Assembly: GCF_001194135.2 (NCBI RefSeq)
Contig: NC_068983.1
Coordinates: 162,895,499 to 162,959,498, forward strand
DNA from: Octopus bimaculoides
Taxonomy: Eukaryota
Reading direction: 5' to 3'
DNA: 64,000 nucleotides
Translations under genes and position numbers: made by a program
The notes under the pieces: model-generated
Seen by the model: the letters and a program-made list of their open reading frames with translations, nothing else
Database searches by the model: none
Told to the model about the DNA's origin: nothing
Shown here: in pieces, positions 23,847 through 36,706 of the stretch
Numbering within the stretch: position 1 is the first letter of the stretch
How the letters are laid out: each line of letters starts with the position of its first letter

Positions 23847-24982
23847 AATGTAGCAAAACTGGAACTGCAACAAAGTTAGTAATATCTCCCAAGCTATCAA
23901 CCTAAAAAGCAGCAACATTTTGTCGTCAATTATCAGAAGATGGAATCAATGTCGAGACTCCTTCCCAATCTGGTATTTACAGATCGACTATCAAAGAAGC
24001 TGTTAAACTAAAAAAGAAAATGAAGTATACACTACATTTAGAAAACTGGTCATTGCATCGTGATGGTAAACGTATTGATGACCAAGAATACCAAGTTTTA
24101 GTTTTAAAGAATGAACAGAGAGAAGTTAAGTTAGAAGCACTCCAATTACCAAAGGGAAAAAGCCGATACTGTTGTGAAAGGAATAACAGCTGTTTTAGAT
24201 GATTACAATTTGTGGAACTGTATAAATATGATTGTCGCTGAGACAACGAGTGTGAACACTGGGAAAAGAAATGCCATTGTCATTCAGTTGCAAAGACTGT
24301 TTGCTCAAAAAAGTTTGAAAAAACCGCAATTTATTGGTTGTTAGCATCAGATCCTTGATAGAGATCTTCGTGTTGTAATGGATAACAAACTTGGAGGAAA
24401 AAAATTCATCTCCCAATATTGAATATACATTCATTCCAGAGCTTCTAAGTAATTACGAGAAACACCTGGCTAATTTCAACAATGGTGAAGAAAAGATTAC
24501 CGAGTCAGCAGGATGGCGAGATGACATGAAGTTTCTATTTCATTTGACCAGAGTTCTTCATTTCTTTGAAGAAACCGGCAAATATCCTACTGTAAAGTTT
24601 CAAAAAATATCCAACTTAAGTAATGCAAGATGGAATTCTCGAGCAATACTAGCTCTTTTGGCATTTATTCTTCTACTAGAGAAAAGAGTTTTGCTTCTTA
24701 ATGTTTGTCGATTCATCTCTTACAACTGGGTAGATTTTTGTTTTACTGACCAAATGTTCAATGCACACGATTATCAGAGGTTATGTGGTAGCCTGCAAGT
24801 TTCTAAAAAAGCAAAGCATTGAACTCTGTAAAAAGACTTTTGGAGTCGAGAACAATCAAAACTGGAAATTCCCAGAACAAATCAGTGCAGAACTGGCAAT
24901 CAAGTGCCTTCAAGATCTTTATGATGTTTGTAAAAGGGAGAAACTTCAGCTTCGATTTATTTTATTTAACAAAACATATTAA
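23847..24982 (+). pseudogene. Frameshifted hAT-related DDE transposase
   Basis: Reconstructed: WSLHRDGK..VLVLKNE..VKLEALQL..MIVAETTSVNTGK..FIGC*HQILD..SNARWNSRAILAL..RTNQCAELAIK. These correspond to the D, D(TT), CxxH, RW and E motifs of hAT-like enzymes. At least three frameshifts plus stops; TIRs not identified. Confidence 0.8.
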
Positions 24983-25444
24983 TTCTTTGTTTTGTTTAAA
25001 AATTTGCTTACATTCAGCACCTTTTTTTACAAAGTTATTTAAAATTGGAATTAAACCCATAAAGTTAAAAATATGTATTGTTTTTAATTTCGCATGTTAT
25101 CGAATGCTTGTAGTGGCCTCCGTCTTAAAATAGCCTTGTTTTCAACCTTTGCATAGAGCAATTTCAAATTCAGTAATCTTAAACATGTATAAATACACTT
25201 TTATTTCACATCTCTCTTGCGTTTACAAGGATTTAGGCAGCGGAAATGCTGAAGTATGAATCTAGTGCCATCTAGTGATTATAATTTTAAAAGCCCATAA
25301 CTCCGAAACTAATTCAACTAGAAAGCTGAAATTTCAGATATACTATTTCTGCATTGCATTGAGTCAGCACACCAGATTTGCTAAAATCTTGAGCAGGGGT
25401 TATGAAAACCCTTATGTTAGTTTTCTAACTTTTATGAAATTATT

Positions 25445-25605
25445 CATAGAATGTGGCTGTGTGGTAAGACTCTTACTTGCCAATCACTTGGCTCAGGGTT
25501 CAGTCCCACCTTGTGGCACATTGGGCAAGTATCTTTTATTATAGTCACGGGCTGAACAAAGCCTTGTGTGTAGATTTAGTAGATTGAAACTGAAAGAAGC
25601 CCGTC

Positions 25606-25647
<42 letters not shown>
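25445..25647 (+). mobile_element. SINE family B 5' half running into (TA)n and an assembly gap
   Basis: GTGGCTGTGTGGTAAG..GGTTCAGTCCCAC..TTGGGCAAGT..GAAAGAAGCCCGTCG(TA)n. Confidence 0.88.
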
Positions 25648-26280
25648 NNNNNNNNNNNNNNNNNNNNNNNNNNNNNNNNNNNNNNNNNNNNNNNNNNNNN
25701 NNNNNNNNNNNNNNNNNNNNNNNNNNNNNNNNNNNNNNNNNNNNNNNNNNNNNNNNNNNNNNNNNNNNNNNNNNNNNNNNNNNNNNNNNNNNNNNNNNNN
25801 NNNNNNNNNNNNNNNNNNNNNNNNNNNNNNNNNNNNNNNNNNNNNNNNNNNNNNNNNNNNNNNNNNNNNNNNNNNNNNNNNNNNNNNNNNNNNNNNNNNN
25901 NNNNNNNNNNNNNNNNNNNNNNNNNNNNNNNNNNNNNNNNNNNNNNNNNNNNNNNNNNNNNNNNNNNNNNNNNNNNNNNNNNNNNNNNNNNNNNNNNNNN
26001 NNNNNNNNNNNNNNNNNNNNNNNNNNNNNNNNNNNNNNNNNNNNNNNNNNNNNNNNNNNNNNNNNNNNNNNNNNNNNNNNNNNNNNNNNNNNNNNNNNNN
26101 NNNNNNNNNNNNNNNNNNNNNNNNNNNNNNNNNNNNNNNNNNNNNNNNNNNNNNNNNNNNNNNNNNNNNNNNNNNNNNNNNNNNNNNNNNNNNNNNNNNN
26201 NNNNNNNNNNNNNNNNNNNNNNNNNNNNNNNNNNNNNNNNNNNNNNNNNNNNNNNNNNNNNNNNNNNNNNNNNNNNNNNN

Positions 26281-26346
<66 letters not shown>

Positions 26347-26621
26347 CTTTTGTTGTATTTTCAATATACATGAGTAGCCAGTTACCGTGAGTACAATAAT
26401 CCTGTGTTGTATTTTCATTTGTGCTTCATTGATTAACTTTCCGGAAAAGGCTGATCACTGACAAGTTATCGAACCAACTTTTTCGAACTTCTACTGTTAG
26501 GGCTTTGTGACCTTACAAAATTTTCTGAATTGTATCGCTTCTAGTCTTCCTACTACTAATCCATACTCAACATAGAGAAGCTGGATTAGGGGATTAGCCC
26601 AGAATATATTTTAATATCCGC

Positions 26622-26683
<62 letters not shown>

Positions 26684-26928
26684 AATATATACACACATTT
26701 ATTCTATGTGTTTCAGCCCACGTATATATAAGTCTGTGTGTGTGTATATATAATAGTTTTTACTACTGTACGATTTATCTTATACCGTGTGTTTTTGAGA
26801 AGCTGGAGAAAGTGAAACCGTTTTACACAACGATTAAAGTTCCTTCAAATTGATCTTTGATGTTCTGCTTTTACTTTCAAAAGATTTTTAAAAAATGTAC
26901 TTGATAATTTTTAATTTAATTAATCCAT

Positions 26929-27091
26929 AGGCACAGGAGTGGCTGTGTGGTAAGTAGCTTGCTTACCAACCACACGGTTCCAGGTTCAGTCCCACTGCGT
27001 GGCACCTTAGACAGGTGTCTTCTACCATAAACTCGGGCCGGCCAAAGCCTTGTGAGAGGATTTGATATACAGAAACTGAAAGAAGCCCGTC

Positions 27092-27147
<56 letters not shown>

Positions 27148-27190
27148 TTGCACCCCCTCCATCGCTTAACAACCGATGTTAGTGTGTACA
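26929..27190 (+). mobile_element. SINE family B, 3'-truncated, with internal (TA)n(TG)n
   Basis: Consensus match. Confidence 0.88.
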
Positions 27191-27669
27191 GATATTATAT
27201 ATCGAGAAAAAAGGAGGCAGTCCGAATTTTGGATAGTTCTTTTATTATTAAACGAACTCTTCAAGATAAAAATTTAAATCAAAACGATAAGAATAAATAC
27301 AGAGCGTTTTCTTGTTCTGTTATGTGACGTCTTTAGCAAAGAGTGGGAGAAAAGGATAGATAGACAGATAGATAGATAAAGAGAGAGAGAGAGGGAGAGA
27401 GAGGGGAGGTTTCTTTTCAATTACATTATTTGTTTTGGCAACAAGAGAGGAAGAAGAAAAATATCACGTTATTGACATTGGAACTACATTCAGAAATAAC
27501 AATAACAGTATAAATGTTTGCTTTTCATCCATCATCATTACTATTAATAAAAACAAATAATAAAATGACCACAAAGAATCTCTCTTGATGGACACCAAAA
27601 CCATCTAGAATACATCGAGGTCTCTTTCCAATTCTTTTGACAAAATGCAGTTCCCCTGCTTCTCTTTCA

Positions 27670-28510
27670 AACATTTAATTTTGGAGAGAATTTTTTGATG
27701 AAGTGTAACTCCATTGCTTTTAGGAACTTTGGGTTATCTCTTGAACACTTGTAAAAGAGGAAGGTTTTGAATTTTCCTTCACCGCATATTTCTAGATGCT
27801 TGCTTAGCGGAATCTTGCGTTAATCCTCTTGTCGGATGTGTTGCCTGTGGATTCTTGAACGTTGGCAGAGGAAATGGTCTGTTTCGCCAATATAATTTTC
27901 CTTGCAGCTGGGGCAAGCAATGCAGTATATGAGATTCTGTGTTTTGTACTTCATATCTGCATTTACTTTGCACGAGAATCCGCTCTTGAATGTTATGTGG
28001 GAACTACTTTCTAAACATTTGAAACTGTTGTTGCTGTATATTCCTCATCTGCTATCTCTACATTCTTTTACGGAGAATTCTGAGTCATTCACTGATGTGC
28101 ATTTTGACCTAGTGAGGTTTTTTTTGAGATCTTTTGGCTGGCATCTACTATTTCGTTAGAAGTTTTCATCAATCGGATTTTTCATTTTGGGGTTTTGTAG
28201 AAATATTGGAAGGTTTGATTTTATCGTGTGAAAAAAGTTGGGTACCCCAGGGTTGTACGTATTGATAAATAGAATCGTGTGTTCATTAGTTTTTTTCTAT
28301 ATATCTCACCCAATTACAACAGGTTTAGTTGGTGGCTTTGCTAGATTTTCAAATTTAGTCACCAAGCCAAGGTCTATAGAAAAGCATTCTAGCCGTAACC
28401 ATCTCATTACTTAAAGGATCCTATCCCTCTTTAGAGCCTTGAAAAAGTATTTGTTAGACAGCGCAGTAATAAACTCGCTGTATGCGATTCTATTGTTTTA
28501 TTTAAGAAAG
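27670..28510 (-). mobile_element. Penelope-like element fragment (linker plus GIY-YIG endonuclease)
   Basis: Minus: NTYNPGVPN..VNADMKYKTQNLIYCIACPSCKENYIGET..RIHRQHIR..PLSKHLEIC..AMELHFIKKFSPKLN. Confidence 0.85.
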
Positions 28511-28814
28511 TCGGGTTGTGTGATAGCGTAAATGAACAGCCGTCTGTTTCCATTTAAAACACTTCACTATCAATGCCCAGGACTAGCAAGCTATGTATAA
28601 GTGTAACAGATCTTAAATCATTAATTCCTAACTTCATGTACAACATAGTATCACAGAGCTGCATCAATTAGCCAATTCTGAAACGCCTGATATCACAAGA
28701 GTCTTACTAACCTTGTTGACATAAATTTTGAAGGGAGTGATGACCTGTCTAATGTATTCTATATCAGAATCATTACAAGAGAGGTGTGTTTGATTTAGAT
28801 TCTCGGCATAATAT

Positions 28815-28950
28815 TGGTTTCAAATTTTGGCACAAGGCCGGCAATTTCAGGGGAGGGATTAGTCTATTACATGGACCCAAGAGTTCAACTGATACTTAGT
28901 GTATCGACCCTCAAAAAGATGAAAGGCAAAGTCAACTTCGGCGGAAATTG
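28815..28950 (-). mobile_element. SINE family A, head missing
   Basis: Tail and core match. Confidence 0.8.
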
Positions 28951-30270
28951 AAAATTTCTGACATAAGAGTTAAGTAATACTGTAGACATTACAAGGACTT
29001 GCGTGAGGCTGCTGTATCTGAGTTCGAGTCTATTTGTGGGTCTTGGGGTTTTCCAATGAGAAATCAATCATTTTAAGTCTTCTCTTGAATTATTACATGA
29101 AAATCGATTCTTCAAAGTTGTTCCAATGCCTCAGGCGGATAACAAAATTGATTGATGTCACAGCTGGCATAAATCTTTAGCCTCCTTCTGTTTTTGGCAC
29201 GATGATGATGATCATCATCATTATCATCCTCACCATCATCGTCGTCATCATCGTCGTCGTCGTCGTCATCATCATCATCATCAACAACAGCATCAATAAA
29301 AATATATTGCTAACACCATAATCGCAATGCACAAAATACTGAAATATGACAAATCACCCCTTCATTTATTTACCTCCCTCCCTCTCTCTCTCATATGTAT
29401 ATATATATATATNNNNNNNNNNNNNNNNNNNNNNNNNNNNNNNNNNNNNNNNNNNNNNNNNNNNNNNNNNNNNNNNNNNNNNNNNNNNNNNNNNNNNNNN
29501 NNNNNNNNNNNNNNNNNNNNNNNNNNNNNNNNNNNNNNNNNNNNNNNNNNNNNNNNNNNNNNNNNNNNNNNNNNNNNNNNNNNNNNNNNNNNNNNNNNNN
29601 NNNNNNNNNNNNNNNNNNNNNNNNNNNNNNNNNNNNNNNNNNNNNNNNNNNNNNNNNNNNNNNNNNNNNNNNNNNNNNNNNNNNNNNNNNNNNNNNNNNN
29701 NNNNNNNNNNNNNNNNNNNNNNNNNNNNNNNNNNNNNNNNNNNNNNNNNNNNNNNNNNNNNNNNNNNNNNNNNNNNNNNNNNNNNNNNNNNNNNNNNNNN
29801 NNNNNNNNNNNNNNNNNNNNNNNNNNNNNNNNNNNNNNNNNNNNNNNNNNNNNNNNNNNNNNNNNNNNNNNNNNNNNNNNNNNNNNNNNNNNNNNNNNNN
29901 NNNNNNNNNNNNNNNNNNNNNNNNNNNNNNNNNNNNNNNNNNNNNNNNNNNNNNNNNNNNNNNNNNNNNNNNNNNNNNNNNNNNNNNNNNNNNNNNNNNN
30001 NNNNNNNNNNNNNNNNNNNNNNNNNNNNNNNNNNNNNNNNNNNNNNNNNNNNNNNNNNNNNNNNNNNNNNNNNNNNNNNNNNNNNNNNNNNNNNNNNNNN
30101 NNNNNNNNNNNNNNNNNNNNNNNNNNNNNNNNNNNNNNNNNNNNNNNNNNNNNNNNNNNNNNNNNNNNNNNNNNNNNNNNNNNNNNNNNNNNNNNNNNNN
30201 NNNNNNNNNNNNNNNNNNNNNNNNNNNNNNNNNNNNNNNNNNNNNNNNNNNNNNNNNNNNNNNNNNNNNN

Positions 30271-30583
30271 AAAGGCTGACCAGATGCCGCTAATGCCGGT
30301 GTGCTAACGATTCAGCTAACTCACAGCCTTAAAACTGAAAATATATTTCTTTCTTTCTTTATTGCCCACAGGGGGTTAAACATAGAGGGGACAAACAAGG
30401 ACAGACAAAGGGATTAAGTCGATTATATTGGCCCCAGTGCGTAACTGGTACTTATTTAATCGACCCCGAAAGGACGAAAGGCAAAGTCGACCTCGGCGGA
30501 ATTTGAACTCAGAACGTAAAGGCAGACGAAAGAGCGCTAGGCAGTTCGCCCGGTCTGCTAACGATTGTGCCAGTTCGCCGCCC
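30271..30583 (-). mobile_element. Two tandem SINE A copies; the second (30348-30583) has an 18-bp TSD
   Basis: TAAAACTGAAAATATATT (30330-30347) / TAAAACAGAAAATATATT (30584-30601); an older head ends at 30329. Confidence 0.88.
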
Positions 30584-31289
30584 TAAAACAGAAAATATAT
30601 TGATCGCAAGTGAGTTAATGTTGATCAAATTATCGATCAAAATTTGATAATGGAGGCCGTAACAACAAATACGAACAGAGTAATAATGATGATGATGATG
30701 ATGTTGATGCTGAAGATGACGATGATGATGATTATGATGATGAGGAGAACGATGACGGCAACGACGACGATAACAATGATAACATTTCTTAAACCACAGA
30801 AAAAAACATCATCGCTTTGAGAGGAAAACATCATCGTGTTAACCACAGTTGATCGATTAAATAAAAATGCCTTTTGAAAGGGAAATAAAATAATTACCTA
30901 AATTAACAGATTTCAAAGGAAAAAAATAAATAAACATAACGGGGAAAATAGAAACAAAAAGAAATTAAAACCCATTGAAGACTAGCTTCGATTGAAACCC
31001 TGTCATCTAGATTATTACGGCATCAAAGATAATAGAGATTCACAAGCGAATTCCATAAAGGTGCTGACAAAATAATCAAACCAAATTTAGTAAAGATCGA
31101 ATGCTTCGTTTTTAGAATTACAATGTATTTTAGTTTCAATCATTGAAAATATAATTGCTTTGGCAATTATGTTCCGATTATCGTTTTTCATTATTTTACG
31201 AGAGAGGGCGCTACTGAATGATAGATTCAGCAAAACGTCAGACAAATGTGCATCAAGTGAGTGATGCCCTTTTTTTTTTTGTTACGTTA

Positions 31290-31835
31290 CTCAGTTCAAA
31301 TACTTCGAAGGTTAATTTTTGTCTTTCATCATTCCTGGGTCGATAAAATAGTACTTGGCAATTATTAGGGACATTTTTATCGACTGAACCTTTCCCTTAA
31401 AATTCCTGATTTGTATGGCGGTAAGCTGGCAGAAACGCCAGCACGCCGGGCGAAATGCTTAGCCGTATTTCGTCTGGCTTTACGTTCTGAGTTCAAATTC
31501 CGCCGAGGTCGACTTTGCCTGTCATCCTTTCGAGGTCGATAAATTAAGTACCAGTTGCGTACTGGGGTCGATCTAATCGACTGGCCTCCTCCCCACCAAA
31601 AACAAATTTCGGGCCCTGTGCCTAGAGTAGAAAAGACTATTTTTGAATTGTGACTTAGACAGAAATTATTTCTTTAATGTGACGGCGAGAAACAGAATAT
31701 AGAAGTCCTTTATTATTTATATTATCATTATTAATATTTGACTTTCATTCTTTCAGGGTCGATAAAATAGTACCAGCTGTGTACTGGGGGCGATGTAATC
31801 AACTTAGCCCCTCCCCGAAATTTCTGGCTAAAATT
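31290..31835 (+). mobile_element. Cluster of plus-strand SINE A copies (full copy about 31415-31635)
   Basis: GGCGGTAAGCTGGCAGAAACG..GAGTTCAAATTCCGCCGAGGTCGACTTTGCC; partial copies on both sides. Confidence 0.85.
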
Positions 31836-31879
31836 TCGTTAGTGCATGCTAATTTGGTTAGCAAGTATTTTAATCTTAA

Positions 31880-34715
31880 GGTTTGCTGACAATAAGTCTC
31901 CTCAAATCTCAAGAAACTTTCTTAGGGTTCTTGTAGAATGTAGAATGGTACTTTTCTGCATTTCAACAATGCGAGTTTTAATTCCAACCTCTTTCAGTCT
32001 TTCAGGCAGCATTTTGGGCGTTGTACTAAGTGCACCAATTACTATAGGAACCATTGTTTTGGTCTTCCACAGTCTCCTTAGTTCTCTTGCTAGATCCGGA
32101 TATTTCTAAATCTCTTCAGTTTCTTTGGCATCGACTCTGATATCATAGGGAATTATTACAAAATATGACCATACACTTCTTATTTTGTCCTCTATAATCA
32201 TATCTGGTCTTCTTGCATAAATAGTACAGTCAGTCTTTATGGTCCCACAAGTTCTTGTGATCCTCATTTCCTATCACTGTCTCTGGTTCGTGCTCCTACC
32301 ACTTTTCTGTTGGTTTGAAGCTACACACTCGGCTAACGTTCCAACACACTCTCTCTTTTGCCGACACAGTCATGTCTGTATATATATTCCTTTTGTACTA
32401 ACATACTCCACTCACGCAAGAGATGATTGAAACCCTCGTCACCTTTCCTCCAGATTCTACAATCGCTGTCTGAGTTTTGTTCATCTTTATCTTTATCAGA
32501 TTTGTTCTGTCCCTCGTTTCAAATTCCATCCGCCAACCAAAGTCAATTATCTTCACTCCCAACATGCTCGGTTTTCGCATGAATTCGCTATGTAATCAAT
32601 CCTTTTCGCTTCTACTGTTTCGGTCACTTTTTGGGCATCTCTGGTTGCCGAAAGTTTTCTTCCTCTGCTCTGCACAGCACAATTTCTTCAGACCCACTAT
32701 TAACAATGCCTTCCACGACTTGGAATCCTCCAGCATCTTCCCTGCTTGGCTGTAAGAGTCGGTAGGTATTACTTTCAGGATGAAGTGCGTTGTGTATTAT
32801 GAGCAGCTTTCTGATTCTTCTATCCAAGTTCTGTAGCTCAACTTTTGTCCATTTAAGAAAGGGAGCAGAGTATCTCAATGGCTTTAATGATGTTCCTTTC
32901 ATTTAATTTTGTCTCGAACCCTTTCTTAGTTCTCTTTTATTCTTTAGCGACTTTCTCTTCCATTTCTCTTTCCATCGTCCCATAGTTTTGCAGGTATTTG
33001 TATTCCTCATTATTTCACAGCGATCTAATGATGTCGTCTTGTAACAACTTTATGCCATCAGAATTTATTTTCCAGCCTCTCTTCATAATTAGTTCTGCCC
33101 ACTTTTATGCTCCAAACAGAATTCCAGTGTTTTTACTGAATATTCTCAGTTCGTATTTTAGGTCCCGATGTTCTATTTTCTCACTTTTTCTATCAAAAAG
33201 ACTCCTTACATCAATTAAGAAAAACAATCTTTATTTAATACATGTGCGCCTATTTGGTTGGAGATTCATATATCACAATACATCTACATGGTCGTTTTCA
33301 TGGACGTATCCTGGTTTATGGTCAAACCATTTTTCCATATATAAAAATCCATATTTTATAAAAAGATATTTCAAATCTATTAATTTAGTGACCTCCACTT
33401 CTTAAAGACCGTCTGACCACCCATAAACATTCAGAGACTATATGCGCAACTTCACATTCTACATTCAATCAAGATGTCTAATTTATCTAGGTTCTTCTTC
33501 ATATAACTTGCTCTGATTGCTTGATTACCCGCAGCTAATATTAAGGAAGAAACTTTATCCTCTTAATTGAGTAACAGCGCTTTATTTGTATTCTGGTTGA
33601 AGATTTGTATCCCATAATACCTTTAAATGTCCTTTTCAAGGATGCGTTCTATTTGATGGTCATGCCATTTTCTCATATGTTCAAATCCATATTTTTGTTT
33701 TTACAGATTCACCAATATGTTATTTTAGCAATCTTCTCATGTCCCCAGTTCTTATAGACTGTCTCACTAAGCATATATACTCAAAGACCATACGTGCGAC
33801 CACCTCTTCTCTTTCCTCACTCATTCTACATTCAACCGAGTTGTCTTCTTCATCTATGCTCTTCATGATGTACCATATCCTGATTGCTTAATTCCGCACA
33901 GCCAGAGTCAAACCCTTTGTCCCTTTCTTTCTTCCTTTACCTATTGAAATGATTTCTGATTATGATACCCTTCACTGTTTTGAAAGGAAAACTTTCCATG
34001 TAAACTTCTCTATGCATGTCGTTGCTACGAGATCTTCACTTTTCTTTTCCCTCAACCACCATATTCTCTCTTCTTACTGCTATTAAAAGCTTCCTTTTGC
34101 TGCCAGCAAAGCACTTCTTTAATCTATTTCTACTCATACACAGTCTTCTAAACTTATCAGTCTTCTATACTTATTAGTCTTCTTTCACCATTCTTTCTCT
34201 TCAAAATCAATCTCTCAACATCTGCTAGCGGTGTAAAGTGCTATAAGCTATCAGTAATGTCCTTGTTTTTTTCTATTTACGTTCTCAAGACCTTTTGGTC
34301 CGTTTGGTTATTCCAGCGCTGTTCCCAATGTTAGCTACGCTTCTTGAGTGTATGGCAGTGATGGTATTTATTCCATTGAGTTTGGAATTTAGTATTTCCT
34401 TTATCCTTCGAAAATATTCTCCTCATAATTTATCGTTCATCATTCTTCTTTTATACCATCATCTTCCAAGACTCGCATATTTATATCCATCATCCGCATC
34501 AATCTTCGATATCTTCTCTTTGTTCAGTAAATTTAATCCGTCACTTTTATGGTATTCCTCTTTTATTCCTCACAAAGATTCCATCCTTGGAAACACACCA
34601 TTTCATTCTGACGTCATTGCTCAACACACTCACCTTATTGACAAGGGTATCCGATTCCATCTCAGTCTTGCAGGAGAACTTTAGATCATCCATGAATAAC
34701 AAAATATTTTAACTA
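31880..34715 (-). mobile_element. Stack of decayed Dong/R4 LINE fragments
   Basis: Minus peptides: LFMDDLKF (about 34700), two separate AIRxxYxKKxxD..ECRM zinc-knuckle segments (about 33870 and 33520), PLRYSAPFLKWT..LDRRIRKLL..HPES (32900-32750), RRPDMII and KYPDLARELRRLWKTKTMVPIVIGAL..EMQKSTILHSTRTLRKFLEI* (32100-31900). Confidence 0.8.
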
Positions 34716-34814
34716 TCTTTTGATCTTTTCCAAGGCTATTTGTAGTGGTGGAAAACAAACACAGACATGAAGACACACACGGCCAAGCACACACACACAC
34801 ACACACACACACAC

Positions 34815-34950
34815 AACGGGATTCCTTCAGTTTCTGTCTATCAAATCTACTAAAAAGGCCTTGGTTAGCCCAAGGTTTCCACGCAGTGGGATTGAACCTA
34901 GAACCATGTGGTTGGAAACAAGCTTCTTACCACACAGCCACGCTTGCACC
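34815..34950 (-). mobile_element. SINE family B 5' half next to (CA)n
   Basis: Consensus match with an internal deletion. Confidence 0.75.
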
Positions 34951-35168
34951 GATGTAAATATGTGAAAAGTTTCAGAAAAACTGAAAAAAATTTGTCTTTT
35001 GTAAAAAGTGTCGCTAGAGATGTCTCCGCTTCTCGCAGCATAATTAGTGGGGGTTTTTTTTCAAAATTGTGGGGCAAAACTGCTTTCCTCAATGAATTGT
35101 AATGAAATCCTGAGCAGATAATTCCGCTTTCCGGATATTTTGTCCTATCTCTCCTTTCTATCTGTGTC

Positions 35169-35545
35169 GTGGCACTCCGTCGGTAACAACGACGAGGGTT
35201 CCAGTTGATCCGATCAACGGAACAGCCTGCTCGTGAAATTAACGTGCAAGTGGCTGAGCACTCCACAGACATGTGTACCCTTAACATAATTCTCAGGGAG
35301 ATTCAGCGTGACACAGAGTGTGACAAGGCTGGCCCTTTGAAATACAGGTACAACAGAAACAGGAAGAAAGAGTGAGAGAAAGTTGTGGTGAAAGAGTACA
35401 GCAGGGTTCGTCACCACCCCCTGCCGGAGCCACGTGGAGCTTTAGGTGTTTTCGCTCAATAAACACTCACAGTGCCTGGTCTGGGAATCGAAACCGCGAT
35501 CTCACGACCGCGAGTCCGCTGCCCTAACCACTGGGCCATTGCGCT
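35169..35545 (-). mobile_element. tRNA-derived SINE, family C
   Basis: Reverse-complement head GCAATGGCCCAGTGGTTAGGGCAGCGGACTCGCGGTCGTGAGATCGCGGTTTCGATTCCCAGACC has clear A and B boxes and a long non-tRNA body. Confidence 0.75.
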
Positions 35546-35647
35546 TCCACTCTATCTGTGTTTGTGTGTGTGTGTGTGTATGTGTGTACGTAGGTGTGTA
35601 TGTGTGTATGTCTTTGGATATGGTTATACGTGTGGGCATCTTTTAAC

Positions 35648-35885
35648 CTTCGTCTTTTACTTGTTTCACTTATTCGACTGTGGCCATACTGGAGCACCGC
35701 CTTGAAGAATTTTTAGTCGAATGAATCATTCGATTTTAATCCTGATACTTGTTCTATCGGTCGTTTTTGTCGAACCGCTAGCTTACATGAACATAAATAC
35801 AATAACGCCGATTGGTGGGAGACAACCAAAAACACAAAGACATATACACACATATGCACACGCACACACATATGCGCGTACACAC

Positions 35886-35950
<65 letters not shown>

Positions 35951-35960
35951 NNNNNNNNNN

Positions 35961-36000
<40 letters not shown>

Positions 36001-36115
36001 GACGGGCTTCTTTCAGTTTCCGTCTACCAAATCCACTGAAGTCTTTGAACACTTGACCAAGGTGCTACTGAACCCAGAACCAAGAAGTTGGGAAGCAAAC
36101 TTCTTACCACACACC

Positions 36116-36118
<3 letters not shown>
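35648..36118 (-). mobile_element. SINE family B, near full length, with expanded internal (TG)n and a gap
   Basis: Tail TTTTACTTGTTTCA..GGCCATACTGGAGCACCGCC at left; head CTTCTTACCACACA at right. Confidence 0.85.
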
Positions 36119-36154
<36 letters not shown>

Positions 36155-36667
36155 ATATTTGTACAAACCTGTACTCACACTCACAGGGTCACGCATGCGC
36201 AATGGCAATTAAGAACGAGTTATTGAAGGAGCGTCTGCGTGGTGCTTAAAACTGACACAAAATGACAACTTAATGCCCCCCACCGCTCATATGATGCCAC
36301 TGCCATCCCCGAAAAAGAAAAGATTCAATAAGTTGTGGGATTGTGACAGCTGGATTGTCTTTGATCATAAGTTGCCTCAATCATGGTTGACTTGGGGTTA
36401 AACAATAACTATCATATGTGTATGTATGTATATATATATATATATATATATATNNNNNNNNNNNNNNNNNNNNNNNNNNNNNNNNNNNNNNNNNNNNNNN
36501 NNNNNNNNNNNNNNNNNNNNNNNNNNNNNNNNNNNNNNNNNNNNNNNNNNNNNNNNNNNNNNNNNNNNNNNNNNNNNNNNNNNNNNNNNNNNNNNNNNNN
36601 NNNNNNNNNNNNNNNNNNNNNNNNNNNNNNNNNNNNNNNNNNNNNNNNNNNNNNNNNNNNNNNNNNN

Positions 36668-36706
<39 letters not shown>

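Noticed and set aside
28540-29200. Possible CR1/L2 RT relic on the minus strand (SGV..INDL)
   Set aside because: Motifs are too degraded to support by eye.
35480-35545. SINE heads as functional tRNA genes (also families A, B and D)
   Set aside because: A/B boxes are present, but no complete cloverleaf is evident and each continues into a shared SINE body.
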